A DNA stretch of 64,000 nucleotides from assembly GCA_963662405.2 (NCBI GenBank), contig CAXXKT010000001.1, positions 2,144,001-2,208,000 on the forward strand. The letters are read 5' to 3'. Under the pieces are notes generated by a model. It did not search any database. It saw nothing but the letters and a program-made list of their open reading frames with translations, and was not told the origin of the DNA. Source of the stretch: Syntrophales bacterium (lineage in GTDB: Bacteria; Desulfobacterota; Syntrophia; Syntrophales; UBA2210). Both the position numbers and the translations under genes were made by a program. The first letter of the stretch is position 1. Each line of letters begins with the position of its first letter. Of this stretch, positions 40,723 to 51,497 are shown one piece after another.

Positions 40723-42138
40723 ATGAGTGTAAATATAGAAGAGTTGGTTCAGAATTTAGAGCAAATCGTCGGTGCCGAGTATGTGCATGCGGATCTATTC
40801 GAACGAACAAATTACGCGGATACATCGCTGCCTTATGAAGTGGAGAAAAGTGACCTTCCCGATGTTGTTGTGCATCCTGCTGATACCCTCGAAGTTTCAA
40901 AGGTTCTTACATATGCGAATGAGCACAAAATCCCCGTTACCACTTACGGTTCCGGGACATCGCTCATATTCAGCACCAAGCCCAAGCACAATGGTATTAC
41001 CCTGAGTACGGAACGACTAACATCATTGGAAATTAATGAAGATGATCAGTGGCTCGAGTGCGGGCCGGGAATCAAGACTGGTCAGGTCATCGCTGCTTTA
41101 GGGAAATTGGGGTATTTCTTCCCGATTCAAACCCAGATCGGATCAAGCGTGGGTGGCGCCATTACCGTTAACACGCTCGGGCATTTGACGGACAATGTGT
41201 TCGGGGGAAGACTGATCAGTCATGTCCTCGGGATAGAGGTTGTCCTGCCCACGGGGGAAATACTGGAAACGGGTGCCAAGTGCCTGCGGCGTTGTGCAGG
41301 ATGGGATTTGGGGCGTATGTTCATAGGTTCGGAAGGGATATTGGGAGTTATTACAAAGATACGGATGGTACTCACCCCCATGCCGGAAACGATCGATGCT
41401 GTTGGGTTTTTCAAGACTGTCGAGGAAATCGGTTATGCCGTACAAAAAATGTACAAAGAGAAATTCCCACTCCCCATGGATGGGGAACTGGTAGGGGAAA
41501 AGGCATGTAAGGTGGGATATGAGGCTTTGGAGTTAGATTTTCCCGAAGGTGCCATAGCGGTGACTCGATCCATGGGAAGAGACAAAGACGAAGCACGGAA
41601 GAATGCGCAAGAAATGGTCAGACTGTTTGAGGAAGCGGGAGCCACACAGGCCTTCATTCTGGATGATCCTGAGGTTGCAGAAAAAGTCTGGAGAGTGCGG
41701 GAAAACGCGATGCGTTGGGGTCAGGAGAAGGGACTGAAAGGATATCAGGCTATAGAACTCAACCCGACACTGTCCCGGCTTCCGGAGGCAATGACCGAGC
41801 TCAGTCATATTACCGAGGGCAGGAACGATATCATCGGTGAAACAGAGGCGTATCTCTATGGTCATGTCGGGTCTGATTCGCTTCATTGTCTTTTTGCGTT
41901 CCCTTATGAGTGGTCAACGGAAAAGATGAAGACGGTGGTTGAGCAGATATGGAATCTGGAGAAAGAATTGCAGTTGAAATACGATGGGTTAGGCGGAGAT
42001 TGGGGATGGCTTCCTTACCGTGTTCCATTTTTTAAAGAAAAGTACGGTGATGTGGCGTACGGACTTATTAAACAGATGAAACACATATTTGACCCCAATA
42101 ACATTCTAAACCGTGGCAATTTAGAAGGAGAAGCATAA
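40723..42138 (+). CDS. FAD-binding oxidoreductase (GlcD/D-2-hydroxyacid dehydrogenase fold, atypical)
   Basis: PDVVVHP, GSGTS, SVGG, GSEGILGVIT, GH..SLH, FDPNNILN. Confidence 0.85.
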   Translation: MSVNIEELVQNLEQIVGAEYVHADLFERTNYADTSLPYEVEKSDLPDVVVHPADTLEVSKVLTYANEHKIPVTTYGSGTSLIFSTKPKHNGITLSTERLTSLEINEDDQWLECGPGIKTGQVIAALGKLGYFFPIQTQIGSSVGGAITVNTLGHLTDNVFGGRLISHVLGIEVVLPTGEILETGAKCLRRCAGWDLGRMFIGSEGILGVITKIRMVLTPMPETIDAVGFFKTVEEIGYAVQKMYKEKFPLPMDGELVGEKACKVGYEALELDFPEGAIAVTRSMGRDKDEARKNAQEMVRLFEEAGATQAFILDDPEVAEKVWRVRENAMRWGQEKGLKGYQAIELNPTLSRLPEAMTELSHITEGRNDIIGETEAYLYGHVGSDSLHCLFAFPYEWSTEKMKTVVEQIWNLEKELQLKYDGLGGDWGWLPYRVPFFKEKYGDVAYGLIKQMKHIFDPNNILNRGNLEGEA

Positions 42139-43319
42139 TGAACGAGACGCAACATGAAGAAAACGCAATAGTCAATGAAATTATGGAGGCATTGATATCA
42201 TGTGAGAAATGCCATTTCTGCAATACCGTGTGTCCCATTCTTGATTGTCGCATTACGCAGGGATCTTTCGGTATCAATCGCTCGATATATTATGGTCTGA
42301 AATGGGACGAACTGGATACCAAGCTGCGGGATTTGGTGTATTCCTGTACCACGTGTGGAAAATGCGTGGAGATGTGTAAAAAGGTATCACGGGCACTTCC
42401 GCTGGTGGATGTTTTCGAGAAGATGCGGGAGTATCTTTTGATTGAAAAAATGATGGGTCCCATGCCCGAACAGGTCAATGTGTTGAAGAATATGCATATT
42501 CAGGGAAACCCATGGGGCAATCCTTCGCATGAAAGAACGAAATGGGACGGACGGCATGACGTTCCCTTCGCTTCAGAAGCAAACCCGGTGGATGTGCTGT
42601 ATTTTGTCGGGTGTGCTTCTTCTTACGATCCCCAGGCGCAGAAGATAGCGAAGAACCTCAGTACAATCCTTAAAACGGCGAACATCAATTTTGGCATTCT
42701 TGAGGGCGAGACGTGCAGCGGACATGAGGCTAAGAGGATGGGCGAAACAGGACTCTTTGCCTATCTTGCCGAAGCTAATATGAACATGTTCATGGAAACG
42801 AAGGCCTCCCGTATCGTGACCGGTGATCCTCATGGTTTCTATAGTTTCACCCATGAATATCCGGAACAGATGAAATCCTTTCATGTCCAGCATTACAGCC
42901 AGTTCCTTAATGAATTGCTGGATGAAGGGAAACTGAATCTGACAAAAAAGCAGAACAAGACGATCACCTATCACGATCCCTGCTATCTGGGCCGGAGGAG
43001 TGGCATTTATGAGGATCCTAGAAATCTCATAAAAAAGGTGCCGGGTGTTACGCTGGTGGAGATGGAGAATACACGGGCGGAGAGTAACTGCTGTGGCATG
43101 GGCGGAGGACGCATGTGGACGGAGCTTCCTCACGATCTGCTTCCCTCTCAGACACTGGGCGAAAAGCGGGTTCTTGAAGCGATAGCGACCGATGCCGATA
43201 TTCTGGTCACGGCGTGTCCCTTCTGTAACATAACTCTCAATGACGCGGTGAAATCATTAGGACAAGAAGACACTATCGAGGTAATCGATATCACGGAACT
43301 TGTAATTCGATCATTGTAA
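42138..43319 (+). CDS. Fe-S protein with two 4Fe-4S motifs and CCG domains (GlpC/GlcF/HdrD-like)
   Basis: CEKCHFCNTVCP, CTTCGKCVEMC, FVGC, YHDPC, CCGMGGG, ACPFC; TAATG overlap with upstream gene. Confidence 0.9.
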   Translation: MNETQHEENAIVNEIMEALISCEKCHFCNTVCPILDCRITQGSFGINRSIYYGLKWDELDTKLRDLVYSCTTCGKCVEMCKKVSRALPLVDVFEKMREYLLIEKMMGPMPEQVNVLKNMHIQGNPWGNPSHERTKWDGRHDVPFASEANPVDVLYFVGCASSYDPQAQKIAKNLSTILKTANINFGILEGETCSGHEAKRMGETGLFAYLAEANMNMFMETKASRIVTGDPHGFYSFTHEYPEQMKSFHVQHYSQFLNELLDEGKLNLTKKQNKTITYHDPCYLGRRSGIYEDPRNLIKKVPGVTLVEMENTRAESNCCGMGGGRMWTELPHDLLPSQTLGEKRVLEAIATDADILVTACPFCNITLNDAVKSLGQEDTIEVIDITELVIRSL

Positions 43320-43358
43320 AATCAGGTTTACACTAAATGCTTTAGGAGGACAATATAA

Positions 43359-44612
43359 ATGAGTAGCAACAAAGTAAAGAACGGAGCAGAAATCGGAGGC
43401 CCTTGGAAAACACCGAATTGGCATGTAAGTCCTTGGAATTTTCTGCCGGAAGTGACCAAGGATTTTGCACCCCCCAAGCAGGTAAAGATTCATGATATTA
43501 CCCTGCGGGATGGTGAACAGCAGGCCAAGGTTATTTTTACTAAAGACGATAAGATCAGGATAGCCGAGAAACTTGCCGAGATCGGTGTCCACCGTATTGA
43601 AACCGGTATGCCGGCCGTATCCCCGAATGATGAAGCAGCGATACGAGAGATTGTAAAACGAAATCTGCCGTCGGAGATCTTTTGTTTCTGTCGCTGTATG
43701 GCTCAAGACGTCAGACTCGCGGCTGACTGTGGTGTAAAAGGAATCGTTATTGAAATTCCTTCGAGTAAGCACCTTATCGAGCAAGGGTACAAATGGTCTA
43801 TGGAAAAGGCCATCGAACTTTCCGTTAAGGCGACGGCGGCGGCAAAAGAAGAAGGGCTCTACACCGTCTTTTTCACTATTGATGCCACCCGCTCCGATCT
43901 TGCGTGGCTTTTGAATCTGGTCGATCAGGTAGCTACTGAAGGCCACATGGATGCTTTTACGTTGGTGGATACCTTCGGCGTACTCTCCCCCCAGGCTGCG
44001 ACCTACTTTACCAAAAAGGTGAAAGAGAGAATCAACAAACCCCTTGAGGTTCACTTTCACCCGGATTTTGGCCTGGGTGTTGCCAATACCATTAACGCAG
44101 TCCTTGCGGGCGGGGAAGTCATTCATACAACGGTGACCGGAATAGGGGAGCGAGCGGGGAACACCCCCATGGAAGAGACTGTGCTGGCCCTGTTAGCTTT
44201 ATATGGAATCGATACGGGTATTGACTATAAGAAGCTTAATGAGACCGCGGCGCTTGTTCAGAGACTCTCAGGCGTGGAGGTTACCAGCAACCGGCCATTC
44301 ATCGGGGATGATGCCTACACCATTGAGTCTGGAATCGTCACAGGTTGGTTCAAGAATGTCTTTGAGAAGAACCCGACGACCGTGTTCCCCGTACATCCCG
44401 ATTTTGTGGGTCATGAGACGCCGAAGATTGTGATGGGCAAAAAAAGTGGTCTCGATAATCTTGAGATTTGGTGCCGTAAGCTTGGTCTTAATCTGGATGA
44501 AGAGAAAGCCATGGATGTTCTCATGGAAGTAAAACTGCGATCACATGATCTCAAACGGGTGCTGACTGAGGATGAATTTGCAAGCATTGTCGAAAAGACA
44601 CAGGGATCTTGA
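43359..44612 (+). CDS. DRE-TIM metallolyase (LeuA/homocitrate/citramalate synthase-like pyruvate carboxyltransferase)
   Basis: DITLRDGEQ, HFH, ANT, GIGERAGN, GKKSG; too short for a LeuA regulatory domain. Confidence 0.88.
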   Translation: MSSNKVKNGAEIGGPWKTPNWHVSPWNFLPEVTKDFAPPKQVKIHDITLRDGEQQAKVIFTKDDKIRIAEKLAEIGVHRIETGMPAVSPNDEAAIREIVKRNLPSEIFCFCRCMAQDVRLAADCGVKGIVIEIPSSKHLIEQGYKWSMEKAIELSVKATAAAKEEGLYTVFFTIDATRSDLAWLLNLVDQVATEGHMDAFTLVDTFGVLSPQAATYFTKKVKERINKPLEVHFHPDFGLGVANTINAVLAGGEVIHTTVTGIGERAGNTPMEETVLALLALYGIDTGIDYKKLNETAALVQRLSGVEVTSNRPFIGDDAYTIESGIVTGWFKNVFEKNPTTVFPVHPDFVGHETPKIVMGKKSGLDNLEIWCRKLGLNLDEEKAMDVLMEVKLRSHDLKRVLTEDEFASIVEKTQGS

Positions 44613-44798
44613 TCTATGATGGAACCATAAAGAGGGGTCTTTGCCCACTGTTGTAAAAAGAGAGATGGTTCTCGGTCTGAATTAACCAATCTCGAAGTGA
44701 AAAAGTGAGGAAGATGCCCTTTAGTTTTTGGAAAACGTGGTTAGGCGGAAAGCGGAATCAGAGGTAGTAAAAACCAAAACGAAAGAGGAGGAAATGAG

Positions 44799-45917
44799 AT
44801 GTTGAGAATGGTGAGATCGAGTGCAGCAGTCATTGCCGCAGCAGTTGTTCTTGGTATTGCGTTTTTGTTGCCGACGCCACAGGTACAGGCTGCCGAGAAA
44901 GACAAAAGCATGAAATGGGTAGGCCAGGCGTTTTGCGGTCGTTCTATTCGAATTTTTGATGGGATAGATCAAATGGCGTATATGATAGAAAAATACACAG
45001 ATGGACGGCTGAAAGTAGAGTGCAAGCAGGCCGGTGAAATAGTCCCCGCAGGACAGGTCTTTGACGCCGCGGGCCAGGGGATTATTGATTTTGGGCATGC
45101 ATGCACCTGCATGGCTCGGGCCAAGTCAGAGGCGCTTCAGTGGTATTGTGATGCACCCGGGAGCCAAAGCCCGATAGAAGAGCTGATCTGGTATTACAAC
45201 GGCGGCGGCAAGGAGATATTGGAAGACATCTTCGAGAAGAAGTATCATGTTCATCCGCTTGCCTGTATACAGCATACCGCTGAAATCTGGCTGTTTTCCA
45301 ATAAAAAGATCGAAAAGGTAGACGATTTAGTTGGGTTGAAGGTGCGGTCCGCCGGCGTGAGGGCTGAAGTTATGAAGAAGTTGGGCGTGTCAGTTGTGAT
45401 CCTGCCGGGTGATGAAATCGTTCCTGCTATGGAGAGAGGGGTTATAGACGCTATGGAGTACGGTGGTCTTTACCTCACCTACGATGTTGGTTTTAACGAT
45501 GTCACTAAGTATCTCTATTATCACCCCAAGAAATCTACCTCTCCCTTCAATATCTGGGCTGTCAATCTGGACAAGTGGAATGCCCTTCCTGATGATATGA
45601 AAAAGGCAGTGGAACGGGCAAGCAGAGATGCCGTCCTTCATTCTCTATCCTATTCAATCGAACAGGATTTTCTCGATATGAAAAAGGCTGTGGAGTTGAA
45701 GAAGAATATTATTCTGACTTTGCCTGAAGAGGTGACAGATGCCGTGGATGCGGCTTCAGCGGATTATTACTATGAAAAAGCAAAAACGGATAAAGATCTG
45801 GCGCGCATTCTGGAATCGTGGGCCAAGTTCAAGAAAGAATACGGTCCCTATGGAAAATGGATAGATTACATAAATATGACAGGCGATCACCTGGGACTGG
45901 TAAAAGGCGATTCGTAA
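44799..45917 (+). CDS. dctP: TRAP transporter substrate-binding protein
   Basis: Signal peptide; TDGRLKV, GEIVP, DLVGLKVR, AMERGVIDA, WNALPDD. Confidence 0.88.
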   Translation: MLRMVRSSAAVIAAAVVLGIAFLLPTPQVQAAEKDKSMKWVGQAFCGRSIRIFDGIDQMAYMIEKYTDGRLKVECKQAGEIVPAGQVFDAAGQGIIDFGHACTCMARAKSEALQWYCDAPGSQSPIEELIWYYNGGGKEILEDIFEKKYHVHPLACIQHTAEIWLFSNKKIEKVDDLVGLKVRSAGVRAEVMKKLGVSVVILPGDEIVPAMERGVIDAMEYGGLYLTYDVGFNDVTKYLYYHPKKSTSPFNIWAVNLDKWNALPDDMKKAVERASRDAVLHSLSYSIEQDFLDMKKAVELKKNIILTLPEEVTDAVDAASADYYYEKAKTDKDLARILESWAKFKKEYGPYGKWIDYINMTGDHLGLVKGDS

Positions 45918-45950
45918 GCAGGCCTTTTGAAAATAACAGGTGACCGGAAA

Positions 45951-45995
45951 CCCGGCGGCGGTAAGCGCGAATTGACTCTACTTCCCGCCGCCGGG
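45951..45995 (+). other. GC-rich stem-loop after dctP (terminator or mRNA stabiliser)
   Basis: cccggcggcgg...ccgccgccggg inverted repeat without a clear U tract. Confidence 0.55.
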
Positions 45996-46595
45996 ACTCA
46001 AAACAGGCTCTTGAAAATACAATCAGTGCTGAACCTGTATGAGCGCATTACATACTGGTTTTGATGTTCTTTTATGATTTTTAGGGGGTGTTCTTTTGAG
46101 CATTGTCCGGCGGGTTGATCACTGTAGGAGAGAAAAAAGTTGGAAGGGTGGATAATGTATTCAACTCAGAAGTAGGCTTAGCCATCGAGGAAATGGAATC
46201 CGTATTTCCGCGTGAGACCTATTATCCCTTCTCATACAGTTATCACGAACATAAAACTGTGCATTTCAAATCAATGGATGGTGAGCTGAGTATCCGTGTG
46301 ATGAACCTGGTTGTCTGGTATGTGTTAAGAAACGAGGGAGCAATGAGTTGATGGTGTTTGAAATATTTAAAATCTGTTTGATCACAAAACCTGGATAAAC
46401 AAACCGGGTAGGTTATCATTGCCATGAGGAATCACTGTGTTGGGGTTGGGGGTCATGAGCACGCAAAGTGTGTTGTGTGTCGTGAAAAACAATGATGAGG
46501 CGTGGATCGCCACCCCTAGCTTTGCTATCTGTTCCTCCATTGTTTCCCTTGGATAGGAAAAGGGCAATGCAATAAATGTAAAGGGGGCTCTCAAA

Positions 46596-47102
46596 ATGGA
46601 TCTTCTCAAGTGGATCGATAATATCAGTATCTATACCGGCAAGATATTTCGATGGGCAGGGCTGCTACTCTCCCTTGTTGTCCTGTACGAAGTCGCGGCT
46701 CGATATCTCTTTAATAGACCCACTATGTGGGTTTTTGACACATCACTCATCTTATATTCCATGCTTTTCATCTTTGGCGCAACATATGTTCTGTGGGAGC
46801 AGAAACATATCAAAGTTGATGTCCTTTACAATAGATGGTCACCGCGTACCCAAAGGGTTATTGACGCGATTTTTTATCTCGTGTTCTTTTTCCCCTTCGT
46901 GTGCGTGATGATATGGTTCGGAAGTAAGATGGCGTATATATCAACTGTTGCAGGTGAGATAAGCAATTCAAGTACCTGGGGCGAGCCGATTTATTTGTGG
47001 AAATGGATGATCCCCGTCGGGTTTTCCCTTTTGTTACTGCAAGGAATCGCGGAATTTGTGCGCACTATACAGAAGTTGAGGAGGACGGAGTATGACTCTT
47101 GA
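46596..47102 (+). CDS. dctQ: TRAP transporter small permease
   Basis: YEVAARYLFNRPT.W, HIKVD; four TM segments. Confidence 0.9.
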   Translation: MDLLKWIDNISIYTGKIFRWAGLLLSLVVLYEVAARYLFNRPTMWVFDTSLILYSMLFIFGATYVLWEQKHIKVDVLYNRWSPRTQRVIDAIFYLVFFFPFVCVMIWFGSKMAYISTVAGEISNSSTWGEPIYLWKWMIPVGFSLLLLQGIAEFVRTIQKLRRTEYDS

Positions 47103-48408
47103 AATCTTGGCATTCGTGCTATTGGGTCTTATTGTTGTTTCGATTTTAGCCGGAATCCCCGTTGCTTTTGCGCTCTCTTCGTTGCCACTGATCTTCGGGT
47201 TTGTTTTCCTCGGAGACAGAATCCTACCGATGTACCCGATGCAATGTTTCGGGGTAATGCTGACGTATCCCTTTCTTGCTTGCCCGCTCTTTATTCTCAT
47301 GGGTTCGCTTATGGAAAAATCGGGTATAGCCGATCAATTGTATAACAGCTTTTACCAACTTCTCGGCACCGTTCGGGGTGGCCTCGCCATCGCAACCGTT
47401 GCAATGGCCACAATTTTTGGTGCGTGTACGGGAAATGTTGGTGCCGGCGTTATAACGATAGGCCTGCTCGCCCTCCCGCCGATGTTGGCGAGAGGATATG
47501 ACAAGGCCCTGGCTACGGGGTGTATTATGGTAGGCGGAGGATTGGGGGTTACCATACCTCCCAGTCTTATGTTGATCTTATATGGTGCTTCATCGGGAGT
47601 TTCTATCTCTGCACTGTTCGTTGCGGCCCTTATTCCAGGAATTCTCATGGGCTTTGTCTATATGGTCTACATCTATGTAAAGGCATCGCTTAAACCTGAG
47701 GTTGCGCCCCCTATTAAAGAAACAGATAAGATCAGAGGGCTTCCCTTGGTCCGCATGGTCTTTACCTCCTTGATACCCCCCATATTTCTTATTTTGGCTG
47801 TCCTGGGATCGATCTTTTTCGGAGTCGTGTCGCCTTCAGAAGCAGGGGCAATGGGTGTGCTCGGGGCAGGAATCCTTACGGTGGTATATGGGAAATTTTC
47901 GAAGAAGATGCTGACGGAGTGTATTACCTATACGTTGAGAATCACTTCAGCCATCGTCTTTATTTGCTTTGGCGGAAAATTATTTACAAGTATTTTCATC
48001 GGTATGGGTGGGGACCGGGGGCTTGTGAACTTCATGGAGTTATTTAATTTGGGGACCACCGGTATGATCTTCATGATGTTGTTCATCGTCTTCCTGATGG
48101 GGATGATTATGGACTGGATTGCCCTGATCTTCATCCTGGTTCCTATCTATGGCCCCATATTGAAGACTCTGGGTGTCGATCCTCTCTATTTCGGGATTAT
48201 GTTTTGTTTGGTCCTCCAAGTCTCCAATATCACTCCACCGTTTGCCTATTCTGTATTTTATTTGAAAACAATTACACCGAAAGAAGTCACGATCGGGGAC
48301 ATGTATAGGGGGTGTATCCCCTTTGCCTGTGTGACCTTAATTGTTCCGCTTCTCGTGTTCTTGTTCCCGAAGCTTGCTTTGTGGCTGCCGGCACTGATGC
48401 AAAACTGA
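47092..48408 (+). CDS. dctM: TRAP transporter large permease
   Basis: GIPVAF, PLFILMG, GGLA, IPPS, PSEAG, ITPPF. Confidence 0.92.
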   Translation: MTLEILAFVLLGLIVVSILAGIPVAFALSSLPLIFGFVFLGDRILPMYPMQCFGVMLTYPFLACPLFILMGSLMEKSGIADQLYNSFYQLLGTVRGGLAIATVAMATIFGACTGNVGAGVITIGLLALPPMLARGYDKALATGCIMVGGGLGVTIPPSLMLILYGASSGVSISALFVAALIPGILMGFVYMVYIYVKASLKPEVAPPIKETDKIRGLPLVRMVFTSLIPPIFLILAVLGSIFFGVVSPSEAGAMGVLGAGILTVVYGKFSKKMLTECITYTLRITSAIVFICFGGKLFTSIFIGMGGDRGLVNFMELFNLGTTGMIFMMLFIVFLMGMIMDWIALIFILVPIYGPILKTLGVDPLYFGIMFCLVLQVSNITPPFAYSVFYLKTITPKEVTIGDMYRGCIPFACVTLIVPLLVFLFPKLALWLPALMQN

Positions 48409-48605
48409 TCGGAATTTCGCGTAGAGCTGGAGGAAATGAAAAGATCAATGGAGATTGAAGCATCTTTCAACTGGGGGACGTTTCGCTTTTGATCAGAGGG
48501 CAAGTTTCTGCCCGAGTTTGTTCGCAGTCTCTTTGTCGCTCGATTGATGATGTGGTGGTCGGTTCGGTACAAGATAAAGAATCATAATTGCCTGTGAGAT
48601 AAAGA

Positions 48606-49136
48606 ATGGTAATGGGACAGACAGAACAAAAGCTTTTGCGGAAGGCATATGATTTGGGGTTCGAGTACGAAAAAACATATCGGGGTTGTTCGCAGTGTGT
48701 GATAGCGGCGATACACGATACCCTGCATATAAGGGATGACAGCGTGTTCAAGGCGGGTACCGGTCTCGCAGGTGGCGGAGGCTTAACCGGAATCGGGGTG
48801 TGTGGCGGTTATGTGGGCGGTGTCATGGTCATCAGCCAATTGCTCGGTCGTGAGCGCTCCAATTTTGAGGATCCTGAAGGGATCAGATTCAAATGTTCAG
48901 AAGTGATACGGAGATTCATCCGGCAGTACACCAGGGAATTGGGTTCCATTATCTGCAGGGACATTCAATTTATCAGATTCGGCCGTCCCTATTATATCGC
49001 TGATACGGATGATTTTGAAAAGTTCGAAAAGGCGGGTGGACATATTGATAAATGCCCCGATGTGGTAGGGAAGGCTTCTCAACTGGCGGTAAAATTGATT
49101 TTAGATGAGGGCTTAGTCGCGTTACCGAGACAATGA
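48606..49136 (+). CDS. C-GCAxxG-C-C family putative redox protein
   Basis: GCSQC, GVCGGYVGG, IC, KC cysteine pattern. Confidence 0.82.
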   Translation: MVMGQTEQKLLRKAYDLGFEYEKTYRGCSQCVIAAIHDTLHIRDDSVFKAGTGLAGGGGLTGIGVCGGYVGGVMVISQLLGRERSNFEDPEGIRFKCSEVIRRFIRQYTRELGSIICRDIQFIRFGRPYYIADTDDFEKFEKAGGHIDKCPDVVGKASQLAVKLILDEGLVALPRQ

Positions 49137-49413
49137 ATTTTGAATGTCAACAAACAGGTACGTAATTTATCACATCGAATACTGCTGTCAACAAAAGCAA
49201 TTGAGTGAGTTTTAACCATACTGCTATTGAACCCCACCGGGAATTCTCCACCCGTAAGGGTGTGGAGATTTAGGAGTTACCGCCTAACGTGATGCCCCGC
49301 AAAGGTATTTGTTACAACTGCATCCTCGAGGTGATGAATTTTTGCCGGTATTACTTTCATTTTAGAAAACAAACAAAGGGGTAATACGCGGTGAGACGGA
49401 AAGGAGATACAGT

Positions 49414-50793
49414 ATGAGCTATACTGAAAAGTTGGTTGATTTAATAGTGGAATTTAAAAAGGATGCCGTTCCGGAAGATGTGATAGAACACACAAAACTA
49501 TATGTTTTAGATAATATCGGATGTGCAGTTGGCGGATATGCAACAAAGCAGGGTCGCGAAATAGTCGAGCAAGCGAAAGACCTCGGTGGTGGAGGCAGCT
49601 CGACGATTTTTGTTGATGGAGGCAAGATTTCAGCGCCGTTTGCATGCTGGGCCAATTCAAGCTTATCCAATGTATTGGATATGGATGATGTCTTTGCAGG
49701 TACGGCACATCAAGGCAATTGCCTCATTCCCACCGCGTTTGGGCTCGGCGAAATGAAAGGCGCATCCGGATTGGATGTTATTCACGCCATTATTTTAGGA
49801 TTTGAGGTAGGGTCCCGCATCATGATGTACTCTTGGCCCTCCCCGGCTATGGAAGGGCAGTATTTTCCCTCAACGTGGCAGGTGTTTGATGCTGTTACTG
49901 TAACGGCCAATCTACTCCGGATGGAGAGGAAAGAAATTTATCATGCCTTTGGGTTGGCCGGAACAGTTCCTCCTGTCCCCATTGATATGAGCAAATTTGT
50001 GGAGAAGCCCATGGGATTTGCCAAAAATCCTTTCGGGTGGACCACCTTTACCGGTGTTTTCTGGACATTAATGGCTCAGAAGGGAACCGAAGGGGTACCG
50101 AACATATTTGATGGCGATTCAGGGTTTTGGAAGATAATGGGTTCGGACTATCGAGACTTTGATAAACTGTTGGAAGGCTTCGGCGAAAAGTACAACATTA
50201 CTGAAACCAAATATAAGCCATATCCATTGTGCACGTGGGGACATACGAGTGTCGATACGGTCAAGAAAGTTTTCTCGGAAAATAATATCGAACCGGATGC
50301 GATTCAAGAGATCAAAGTGAAAACCATCAACCGGGCAACCGAATTTCTGTCGGGTATAGATCTCGAGTCCATATACGACGCACAGTTTAGCTTGCCTCAC
50401 GCAATCGCCATGATGATACTGGGGAAAGCGCCGGGACCGGAATGGATGACAGAGGAAAACTTATTTGGGAATGAGAAAGCCAGGGAATTGGCTAAGAAAG
50501 TGAGAATAGTAACGGATCCGTGGGCAGAGAAGATAGCCGATGAGGAAAAGGGAGTGGCGATTCCATCATCTGTTGAAGTAACGATGTATGATGGAACGAT
50601 GTTCAGCGATAGCTTGAAATATTCGAAGGGGACAACAGAGAATCCCTTTACGGCCGACGAGCTTAAACAAAAATTTTTAGGGCTTGCTTCATCGGTATAT
50701 AGCAGGGAGAAAGTCTTGCAAATACTCGAAACGATAGAAAATCTCGATAAAGTAGACAAGATCTCTCAGTTGACAACTCTCTTGGTCCCTTGA
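49414..50793 (+). CDS. MmgE/PrpD family protein
   Basis: LDNIGC, LDMDD..H, GFEV, KPYPLC..GH, AQFSLP, KG..ENP..KF. Confidence 0.9.
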   Translation: MSYTEKLVDLIVEFKKDAVPEDVIEHTKLYVLDNIGCAVGGYATKQGREIVEQAKDLGGGGSSTIFVDGGKISAPFACWANSSLSNVLDMDDVFAGTAHQGNCLIPTAFGLGEMKGASGLDVIHAIILGFEVGSRIMMYSWPSPAMEGQYFPSTWQVFDAVTVTANLLRMERKEIYHAFGLAGTVPPVPIDMSKFVEKPMGFAKNPFGWTTFTGVFWTLMAQKGTEGVPNIFDGDSGFWKIMGSDYRDFDKLLEGFGEKYNITETKYKPYPLCTWGHTSVDTVKKVFSENNIEPDAIQEIKVKTINRATEFLSGIDLESIYDAQFSLPHAIAMMILGKAPGPEWMTEENLFGNEKARELAKKVRIVTDPWAEKIADEEKGVAIPSSVEVTMYDGTMFSDSLKYSKGTTENPFTADELKQKFLGLASSVYSREKVLQILETIENLDKVDKISQLTTLLVP

Positions 50794-51035
50794 ACGGGCG
50801 ATCATCGGCTTGTGCTCCATGAGATTCAACTGGTTCAGCCCGCCGGTAAGGGGATGCCTGTATCTGCGAAATCCGTGATATGTATCAAGCCGGATTTCGA
50901 GATCAAAGGGATCTGCTGTGGGGTTTCTCGGGGGTGGCCAAGGAGGAACTCCCCGGCGTGGACGGTCATATTTGATGGTATTTTCAGATACTGCCATATT
51001 GGTCGCAGAAATTATTGATAAAGGAGGAAAGTAAC

Positions 51036-51497
51036 ATGATACCGAAGATCAAGCGAATTCTTCACGCAACGGATCTCTCCACGAACGCCGTGTATTCTTT
51101 TCAATATGCCGTAGACACAGCGGAAAAGTACGATGCTGAAATAATTATATTGCATGTCATTGAGGAGGAACCTGCAGCCGTTCGAGTATACAACATCCAA
51201 GAGAGAGATGTTGCGGCTCTGAAAGAGAAGGCGTTAAAAGAACTGAACCGCTATATCGGTGAGGTTTTCCAGAACGAATCTCAGGGAAGAGCAGATTGCA
51301 TAAAGGGAATAGACGTCAAGGAAGGATATCCCGCAGAAGAGATACTCAAAACAGTTGACGAACAAAACTGTGATATGATCGTCATGGGCGATCACGGAAA
51401 AGGATTTCTGACCCACGCTTTTCTCGGAAGTGTTGCCGAGCGAGTCCTAAGGAGTTCACGTAAACCGGTCCTTATCATTCCTCTTCCGGAACAATAA
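51036..51497 (+). CDS. Universal stress protein
   Basis: ILHATDLS, LHV, GYPAEEI, IVMG..G, LGSVAERVL. Confidence 0.92.
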   Translation: MIPKIKRILHATDLSTNAVYSFQYAVDTAEKYDAEIIILHVIEEEPAAVRVYNIQERDVAALKEKALKELNRYIGEVFQNESQGRADCIKGIDVKEGYPAEEILKTVDEQNCDMIVMGDHGKGFLTHAFLGSVAERVLRSSRKPVLIIPLPEQ

